Source of the DNA: Nitrospirota bacterium
Lineage (GTDB): Bacteria > Nitrospirota > UBA9217
Reading direction: 5' to 3'
Assembly: GCA_963790205.1 (NCBI GenBank)
Contig: CAWBNQ010000001.1
Coordinates: forward strand, 864,001 to 928,000
DNA: 64,000 bases
Under the pieces are notes generated by a model that searched no databases, was not told the DNA's origin, and was given only the letters and a program-made list of their open reading frames with translations. Positions 56,508 to 64,000 of the stretch are shown piece by piece (position 1 is the first letter of the stretch; each line of letters opens with the position of its first letter). The position numbers and the translations under genes are program-made.

Positions 56508-57959
56508 ATGAAGATCATGAAGTGGAGTATTTTTTCACGGTTGATGACGGGGTATCTTGCCCCCCTGGTTCTGGCGACCGGCGTCAGCGCCTATGCCATC
56601 ATCCAGCTCAGGCACGTGCGGGACGTAACGCAGTCCGTTATCCTGATCGACAATCCCCTCCTGGACCTCCACAAGAACCTGTCGGATGCGCTGCTCTCGG
56701 AGACGCGGTTCGAGAAGAAGTTCGTCATCACCCAGGACTCGGCGCTGTATGATGGTTTTTTAAAATCGAAAGAGGAGTTCGAACAGAACCTCCGCGACGC
56801 GATGCGGCTCGCCGATTCGGCCGACCTGCGGGCGCTGCTCAAGGGCGTGGCCGACCTTCACGCCGTCTACCAGGACCGGTTCGCCGAAGAGGCGGGGTAT
56901 CTCAGGTCGGGCCGGAAATATTCCGCCGCCTGGTACAACGACGAAGAGGACAGGATCGTAAACGCCCTGCTCGATCAGCTTTTACAGGTGCGGGCCTTGA
57001 GCCAGAAGAGCATCGTCGACAAGGTCAAGCAGCTGCGCGAGGCCGGCACGCGGGCGACCAACGCGGCAATGGTAACGACCGCGGCCGCGATCGCGATCGG
57101 GGTCGTCCTGTCCATCCTCATAACCTGGAGCATCACGGTGCCGCTCGGCGCGATGAAGAAGAAGACGCGGGAGATCAGCAACGGCATTTACGAGGCGGAC
57201 CTGAACATTACCTCCCCGCCGGAGATCGCCGCGCTCGGCCAGGCCTTCAATTTCATGTGCATCAAGCTGAAGGAAGTCGACAAGATGAAGTCCGATTTCT
57301 ACGCGCTCATGTCCCACGAGCTGCGGACGCCGCTGACGTCCATCAAGGAAGGCACGAACCTTTTCCTCGAGGGCCTGGGAGGGGAGGTCACGGAAAAGCA
57401 AAAAAAGCTTCTCTCCATCATCGCCGAGGAAAGCAACCGGCTGATCGAGATCGTCAATTCCCTGCTCGATATCTCGAAGCTCGAGGCGGGCATGGTGGCG
57501 TACAATTTCGCGAGGGCCGACATCAACCCTCTGATCGCGAGGGCGCTCACCGAGATCGCGCCCCTGGCCGAATCGAAACGCATCAGGATCGATAAGGACC
57601 TGCGGGAACTGCCGGCGCTCTCCCTGGACACCGAGAGGATCCTCCAGGTGCTGCGGAACCTGATCGGGAACGCGCTGAAATTCACGCTCCGCGGCGGCGT
57701 GGTGACCGTTTCATCGCAGTTCGCCGAAGGAGGGGTCACGATATCGGTCAGGGACACGGGGCCCGGGATACCGAAAGAACACGCGGCGGTCATTTTCGAC
57801 AAGTACCGTCAGGCGGTCGTCGCGGGCCCGCACAAGCTTCAGGGAACGGGCCTCGGCCTGGCGATCGTCAAACACATTGTTCAAGATCACGGAGGAAAGG
57901 TGTGGGTAGAGAGCGAAACAGGACGCGGCTGTACGTTTACCATGGTCTTGCCTGTATAA
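56508..57959 (+). CDS. Membrane HAMP sensor histidine kinase (GlrK/QseE-like)
   Basis: Two TMs with a periplasmic helical domain, HAMP, MSHELRTPLTSIKEG, NLIGNALKF, GTGLGL. Confidence 0.92.
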   Translation: MKIMKWSIFSRLMTGYLAPLVLATGVSAYAIIQLRHVRDVTQSVILIDNPLLDLHKNLSDALLSETRFEKKFVITQDSALYDGFLKSKEEFEQNLRDAMRLADSADLRALLKGVADLHAVYQDRFAEEAGYLRSGRKYSAAWYNDEEDRIVNALLDQLLQVRALSQKSIVDKVKQLREAGTRATNAAMVTTAAAIAIGVVLSILITWSITVPLGAMKKKTREISNGIYEADLNITSPPEIAALGQAFNFMCIKLKEVDKMKSDFYALMSHELRTPLTSIKEGTNLFLEGLGGEVTEKQKKLLSIIAEESNRLIEIVNSLLDISKLEAGMVAYNFARADINPLIARALTEIAPLAESKRIRIDKDLRELPALSLDTERILQVLRNLIGNALKFTLRGGVVTVSSQFAEGGVTISVRDTGPGIPKEHAAVIFDKYRQAVVAGPHKLQGTGLGLAIVKHIVQDHGGKVWVESETGRGCTFTMVLPV

Positions 57960-58351
57960 TCTTGCTTGCCGGGTCCGCCTGCGCCCAGCTCAGGGCGGTG
58001 TTCCCGGGGCAGGAACGGCCCGCGCACCTGCAGCGGGTGAGGGAGAGCATAGACAGCGGCGATTTCGACGCCGCCGTGCGGCTCTATCAGAACGACCTTG
58101 CCCGTCCGGCCGGGAACCGGGAAGGGCGAGCGGACGAAGCGCTGTTCGACCTGGGGCTCCTGTACGCCCATTATGCGAACCCGAAGAAGGACTATCAAAA
58201 GGCGCTCGGGTGTTTCACGCGCCTGGTCAAAGAGTATCCCCGGAGCCCCCTGGCCGAAGAAGCCATGATATGGGCCAGCGTTCTCGAGAGCATGGAGAAG
58301 TCGAAGCGGGTCGACATAGAGATCGAAGAGATGAAGAAACTGACCAAGTAG
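57902..58351 (+). CDS. TPR lipoprotein (QseG-like position)
   Basis: Lipobox-like LAGSAC; ALFDLGLLYA...NPKKDYQKA...YPRSPLAEEA; lies between the kinase and the regulator. Confidence 0.78.
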   Translation: MGRERNRTRLYVYHGLACIILLAGSACAQLRAVFPGQERPAHLQRVRESIDSGDFDAAVRLYQNDLARPAGNREGRADEALFDLGLLYAHYANPKKDYQKALGCFTRLVKEYPRSPLAEEAMIWASVLESMEKSKRVDIEIEEMKKLTK

Positions 58352-58362
58352 GAGCGCTCACC

Positions 58363-59745
<1,383 letters not shown>

Positions 59746-60006
59746 AATAGAAGATATTTCTTTATCCTTTTTTCCGCAGCCAAAAGATGTCCTGCCTTTT
59801 CCGCACCTTTCCGATTTGTGAAGAAAAAACCATACACCGCCTTAATTCCTTGATTCTCCGTAATGTTACCTGTTCCCGAACCAATGAGAGGCGCGCAACC
59901 GCGTAGGAGAATTCATACACTTCCGGGGCTTCTCACAGGAACCCCGGCAAGCAACTATACGCGGTTTGTCCTGAATAATCAGCATGTTTCCCGCAAAGAT
60001 CGATTA

Positions 60007-60022
60007 TGGCATTGACCTTGCT
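60007..60022 (+). promoter_or_regulatory. Sigma-54 -24/-12 promoter
   Basis: TGGCATTGACCTTGCT, GG-N10-GC spacing, immediately downstream of a sigma-54 activator gene. Confidence 0.8.
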
Positions 60023-60129
60023 TAAGACGATAAGCACAAGCGAACGCAATCTTTTAAATAATTTAAAACCATAGGCGGACTTTGCGTCGCTACAGCGGTA
60101 ATCCGGAATAGTGAGGAGGCAGCGTGAGC

Positions 60130-60381
60130 ATGAGCGTTTATCCATGCAGGAGCAAGATATTGAAGGAACTAGAGCAGTGTACATCGGTGGAAAAGCTGGA
60201 AACGTTGCTGAGCTTCTGCAGCGGTTGTATTTACCGGATATTCGAGGAGGCGCAGGGTATGAATAGCGTGACGATGACCTGCAGCAGGGCGGCAGACGCA
60301 GTACTGATAAACGGGATACGGCAGCTCGCGGACAGCGAGGAGCTTCTCAACCTCTTCCGAGTACCGGCAGTCAATGCGTAG
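60130..60381 (+). CDS. Small Cys-containing hypothetical protein
   Basis: RBS GAGGAGG; five Cys including CSGC; first ORF after the sigma-54 promoter. Confidence 0.6.
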   Translation: MSVYPCRSKILKELEQCTSVEKLETLLSFCSGCIYRIFEEAQGMNSVTMTCSRAADAVLINGIRQLADSEELLNLFRVPAVNA

Positions 60382-60406
60382 GCCGCAACGAAGAGGAGGA
60401 ATAACC

Positions 60407-60778
60407 ATGATTCAAAAAGTAAGTCTCAGGACGGCGCCCGTACCGTTGATCGTTTTTCTGTTTGTCGTGCTTCTCCTGCTTCTCTGGAATGCCTCAGGAG
60501 TTTTCGCGGCTACGACCGGCATCCCGGCTGAGACCCGCCGCGCGGAATTCGGCGGCAGGAATGACAGCAGGAATGATATATCCAAGATCATGTCCGTTCT
60601 TGAAAGCCGGAGACCGGGCAAGAGGGTCCTGGAAAAAGCGGCCGGCAAGATGTCCGATATGAACGGGCGAAATCTCCGGCTGATGTCTTCGCTCTGCGAC
60701 CGCATCACCGCGGACGCCGGCACTCCGGCCGCGGACGTCGCTTATTCGCTCCTGACGGCGCTAATCGTTCTGTCCTGA
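60407..60778 (+). CDS. Exported or membrane-anchored hypothetical protein
   Basis: RBS GAGGAGG; N-terminal hydrophobic signal and a hydrophobic C-terminus. Confidence 0.7.
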   Translation: MIQKVSLRTAPVPLIVFLFVVLLLLLWNASGVFAATTGIPAETRRAEFGGRNDSRNDISKIMSVLESRRPGKRVLEKAAGKMSDMNGRNLRLMSSLCDRITADAGTPAADVAYSLLTALIVLS

Positions 60779-60839
60779 CAGGGCGAAATGGCGGGCTACA
60801 GCCATCATGAAACAGTCCGTCAACTCAGAGGGGGCAATC

Positions 60840-61763
60840 ATGGCCAAAAACATCACGCATATTTCGTATCATGTCGCCGTCGTTCTTTTGAGCGCCGCTT
60901 TGGCGCTCTCGATGCCCTCGCTTGTCAGCACCATGGCCGGAAATCTGCTGGCGTCCTGGGCACTCATTGAGAACGAGAAGGTATTTCTTGTCGCGCTTGA
61001 GATCTTCACGGCGATCGTGCTCATTGTTTTTTTCAATTTTATCAGGCATGCACTGCAAGACCGGAGAGTTTCGCGCATTGCGAAGAGCGCCGGCCTGGTC
61101 CTGGCAACCCCGTCCCGGGGCATATTCATATATAAAAGGAGGGTGAAAAATATGAAGAAAACACTAGGATTCGCACGGGAGATCATGATCATCGGTTCGA
61201 CCGGATACCGCTCTTTCGCCGAACCGGAAGGAGATCTGCACGAGGCCGTTCAAAATTGCCGGGAGGCGAAGATCATGCTTCTCGATCCGCTGAAGCACGG
61301 AGCGATCGCGCGGGCAAGGAGCATCCCCGATCCGGAAATTACGCCGGAGGTGATCAGGGAGCAGATCATAAAAAGCATAGATTTTCTCAAAAGCCTGCGG
61401 GTTGCCCAAAAAACCGTCAGGCTGAAACTATATCCGGACATGCCGCTCCTCAAGATGGCGATCCTGGGAGATTATGCTTTCATCCGGCACTACCACACGG
61501 GCCTGAACGTGCGCCACATGCCCGAATTCGCGTTCAGGAACGAGCAGAAGCACGGGGGCCTCTACCTGCCGCTGTACCGGTATTTTCTTTCGAGGTGGCA
61601 GGACCCTGACATCCCCGAATATGACCTTGATACCGACGAGCTTGTATACCGCGATCACATGAACTACGAAGTGATGCGCGAACCGTTCAACGAGATCACG
61701 ATGACCTACGATGCCAAGGAAAAGATATACAAGGACAACTTGTCACCGTATGTATTTCGCTGA
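60840..61763 (+). CDS. Two-TM protein with a cytoplasmic IMIIGSTG / IMLLDP domain
   Basis: Two N-terminal TMs; REIMIIGSTG, KIMLLDP, LKLYPDMPLLKMAILGD..FIRHY pattern, resembling PLD-like/DUF5919-type domains. Confidence 0.7.
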   Translation: MAKNITHISYHVAVVLLSAALALSMPSLVSTMAGNLLASWALIENEKVFLVALEIFTAIVLIVFFNFIRHALQDRRVSRIAKSAGLVLATPSRGIFIYKRRVKNMKKTLGFAREIMIIGSTGYRSFAEPEGDLHEAVQNCREAKIMLLDPLKHGAIARARSIPDPEITPEVIREQIIKSIDFLKSLRVAQKTVRLKLYPDMPLLKMAILGDYAFIRHYHTGLNVRHMPEFAFRNEQKHGGLYLPLYRYFLSRWQDPDIPEYDLDTDELVYRDHMNYEVMREPFNEITMTYDAKEKIYKDNLSPYVFR

Positions 61764-61905
61764 CGTCAGCCGCAGACCCGTGAGCCACCGGAGAAAGACG
61801 CACGCCTTGCCTTGCGGGTGAGCGGATACTGGGCGTGGAAACGGCAGTGCCGGCGTCGATAGCACGATTGTTCTGAACGTGAGGGATCGTCCAGGATCAG
61901 GCCGG

Positions 61906-62430
61906 TCATGCGGCGCACGAATCGTGCGGCCGGCCGATCGTCTTCTCCATTCTGAAATCGTCCATCACAAATCCTCCGCCGATATCCTGGACAGTCGGCC
62001 CGACATCGGTGAAACCCCTTCGCCGATACCATGCAATGGATCGAGCATTGTTCTTGTTGACGGTGAGCCGGATCATCGCGATGCCGCACTGCCGGCAGAG
62101 CTCTTCTACAAATCCGAGAGCTTCTTCTCCCAGCCCGCGACCGCGCTGCTGCTTCCGGATGTAAATCTTGCTGAGCAGGAGCTTCGATTCGCCGGTATCG
62201 GGCACTACGCCTATATAGCCTGCGCTCTGCCCATGATCAAGAACCAGGAAATACTCGTATTCCCGCGCAAGCTGTTCTGCTATTGCGCGTATGCTCTGGA
62301 ATTTCTCGAGCATGTAGTCCACCTGCTCGCGCCCGATGATCGGGATGTAATGCTCCTGCCAGATCTCACGGGCAAGGCGCGCGACTTCCGCGATATCTTC
62401 TTCTGATATAACTTTCCTGAATTCCGCCAT
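61906..62430 (-). CDS. GNAT acetyltransferase
   Basis: LSKIYI..QRGRGLG, LTVNKNN, GGGFVMDD. Confidence 0.9.
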   Translation of the reverse strand: MAEFRKVISEEDIAEVARLAREIWQEHYIPIIGREQVDYMLEKFQSIRAIAEQLAREYEYFLVLDHGQSAGYIGVVPDTGESKLLLSKIYIRKQQRGRGLGEEALGFVEELCRQCGIAMIRLTVNKNNARSIAWYRRRGFTDVGPTVQDIGGGFVMDDFRMEKTIGRPHDSCAA

Positions 62431-62464
62431 CAGGCCTCCCTGCTCCTGTTGCCGTGTTTTAGGA

Positions 62465-63474
62465 TCATTCCCACCGGAAGATGAGCGAACCGATCGAAAG
62501 AAAGACCGCAGTCATGAGAACGAGGACCGCGAGGTGCGGCGCGATGTCCGCAAGGCCCGCGCCCTCGGTCATGATCGCCCGGGCTCCGTCGACCAGGTGC
62601 GTCAGGGGCAGGAACTGGGCGATCTTCCGGACGATGGGGTTCGTGCCTTCGAGGGAGAACCAGACGCCGGAAAGGAGCATCATGGGCCAGGTGATGAGGT
62701 TCAGGATGCCGCCGGCCAACTCCTCGCTCGAAAGCCGCGCCGCCACGAGCAGGCCGAGGGAGATCAGGCAGATCGCGCCCAAGAGGGAGATGAGGAACAG
62801 GTTCGCGTAGGAGCCGCGCATCTGGAAGTGGATGAAGTAATTGCAGCCTGCGTAGACAAGGACCGTGATGATCTGGATCAGGAGAAGCCGCGACACCATC
62901 TGGGCAAGCAGAAACTCGAAGGGCCGAAGCGGGGTCGCCTTGAGGCGCTTCAAGAACCCGTTCTTGCGGTACCGTACGATCACGTAGCCCACGCCGAAGA
63001 GGCAGGAAAACATCATGTTCATGGCGAGGATGCCGGGGACCACCCAGTCCACGTAGCGGATCTCGTGTCCCGTGACCGCGTTTCTCTGGTATGCGGTCTT
63101 CCCTTCGGCCCCGAGCATCCGTTCAAGCACGTAGCCGTTCGGCGAGTTTGTATTGATCCAGTAGCGCTGGCCCTGTGCGCAGGTCCACCAGCATGTCGAG
63201 CTGGAAGTGTTCCACCTTGTCGATGCCCTTGGCCTGGTCATCGACCGGGATGAACTGCACGTACTTCGTTTGAAAGAACGCGGCTTCCGCCTGCTTCAGC
63301 GTCGACTGGATCGCCCATGACGCCGACCTTGAACAGGGGCTTCGGCTCCCCGGTGAAGACCACGGCGAAGCCGACGACGAGCAGGAGCGGGAAGAGGATG
63401 TTCCAGCCCAAAGACGACTTGTCGCGGATGAACTCCATGTTCCGGGCGTGCAGGATGGCGAGAAATCTTTTCAT
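62465..63474 (-). pseudogene. ABC-2 permease interrupted by two frameshifts
   Basis: N-terminus MKRFLAILHARNMEFIRDKS; middle TLKQAEAAFFQTKYVQFIPVDD..FQLDMLVDL in a second frame; C-terminus RYWINTNSP...RYVDWVVPGILAMN in a third frame. Confidence 0.8.
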
Positions 63475-63514
63475 TGCTTACCTCGAGTACCCAGGCCATT
63501 CGAAAAAAACTATC

Positions 63515-63597
63515 TCGCGCGGAGGCGCGGAGGCCGCGGAGAACAACGATGAAAAACGTTAAATCTTAAACTCTGCAGTCCTCCGCGTCTCCGCGTG
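63515..63597. repeat. GCGGAG-type palindromic element
   Basis: CGCGCGGAGGCGCGGAGGCCGCGGAG ... CTCTGCAGTCCTCCGCGTCTCCGCG; related arm at 54696-54722. Confidence 0.65.
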
Positions 63598-63638
63598 GAA
63601 CATTTTTCTGCTTTGAATGGGATTTGGTGATCAACAAT

Positions 63639-64000
63639 CTAACTTCTCAGGTCTTTTCCCGTGAGCGCAATGAACAGGTCCTCAAGGCTCCAGGACCGTA
63701 TGTTCATCCGGTTGAGGGACACGCCGCGCTCCAGAAGCGTTCTGATCGTGGTATCAACGTCGTGGGTCTGTATCTCACACCATTCGCGCTGCTCGGAGGC
63801 GCAGAGGCCCAGGCCCTCGAGCTTGCCGTCAACGTCTTCAACCGGAAATTGCAGGACCACGTCGCCGAAATGCTCCTTGAGCAGGTGCTCGGGCGTGCCT
63901 TGCGCGACGATCCTGCCGCGGTCCATGATCGCGATCTCGTCGCAGAGCGTGTAGGCCTCGTCCATGTAGTGCGTGGTCAGAACGATCGTCTTATCACGGG
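63639..64000 (-). CDS. ABC transporter ATP-binding protein, C-terminal part (runs off the window)
   Basis: KTIVLTTHYMDEA..LCDEIAIMDRGRI...SLEDLFIALTG. Confidence 0.92.
   Translation of the reverse strand, partial: RDKTIVLTTHYMDEAYTLCDEIAIMDRGRIVAQGTPEHLLKEHFGDVVLQFPVEDVDGKLEGLGLCASEQREWCEIQTHDVDTTIRTLLERGVSLNRMNIRSWSLEDLFIALTGKDLRS

Noticed and set aside
58195..58362. Extended N-terminus of the sigma-54 regulator (track start 58210)
   Set aside because: Overlaps the lipoprotein gene; the receiver domain and RBS indicate ATG 58363
60070..60100. GACGCAAAG on the minus strand as a c-di-GMP-I riboswitch
   Set aside because: The upstream GGCAAAC/GAAA stem and the downstream P3 elements are absent

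Overview
A 64 kb GC-rich bacterial chromosomal segment, probably from an anaerobic or microaerobic Nitrospirota- or Desulfobacterota-like organism (inferred from gene content only). From left to right it contains: (1) a housekeeping block on the minus strand, rho-rpmE-DUF1385-prfA-prmC-murA-hisD-hisG; (2) a Rieske/split cytochrome b (b6 + subunit IV type) module with no adjacent cytochrome c gene, a PAS histidine kinase, a PEP-synthase regulator and cydAB; (3) an ~8 kb sulfur-trafficking island at 19.5-27.7 kb, the most interesting region. The island holds a tusA-yedE-dsrE-CHP1-CHP2 (YTD-type) cluster, including a 56-aa gene missing from the ORF track. Convergent on it is a fadL-like outer-membrane channel / periplasmic protein / tusA / dsrE2 operon. 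It also carries a Tat-exported C-GCAxxG-C-C heme protein, and it is bracketed by two near-identical tusA copies that share the same promoter signature. (4) A surface-protein region: a CFI-box-CTERM protein with its outer-membrane barrel partner, divergent from a 1267-aa NHL-FN3-transglutaminase-like-TPR protein. (5) Mixed metabolic and transport genes (ampG-like, AEC transporter, nagA, HAD, ahbD-like radical SAM, USP, patatin, TlpA-CcmH-like fusion with an ABC transporter, greB, rsmE). (6) A GlrK/QseG/GlrR-like sigma-54 system with a clear -24/-12 promoter driving three hypothetical genes, then a doubly frameshifted ABC permease. Several unannotated gene relics (peroxiredoxin, kinase tail, PAS, zinc ribbon) and many short-period palindromic intergenic repeats were found by reading the sequence. 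No rRNA, tRNA, CRISPR array or intact transposase was seen. All family assignments come from motif recognition, not database searches.
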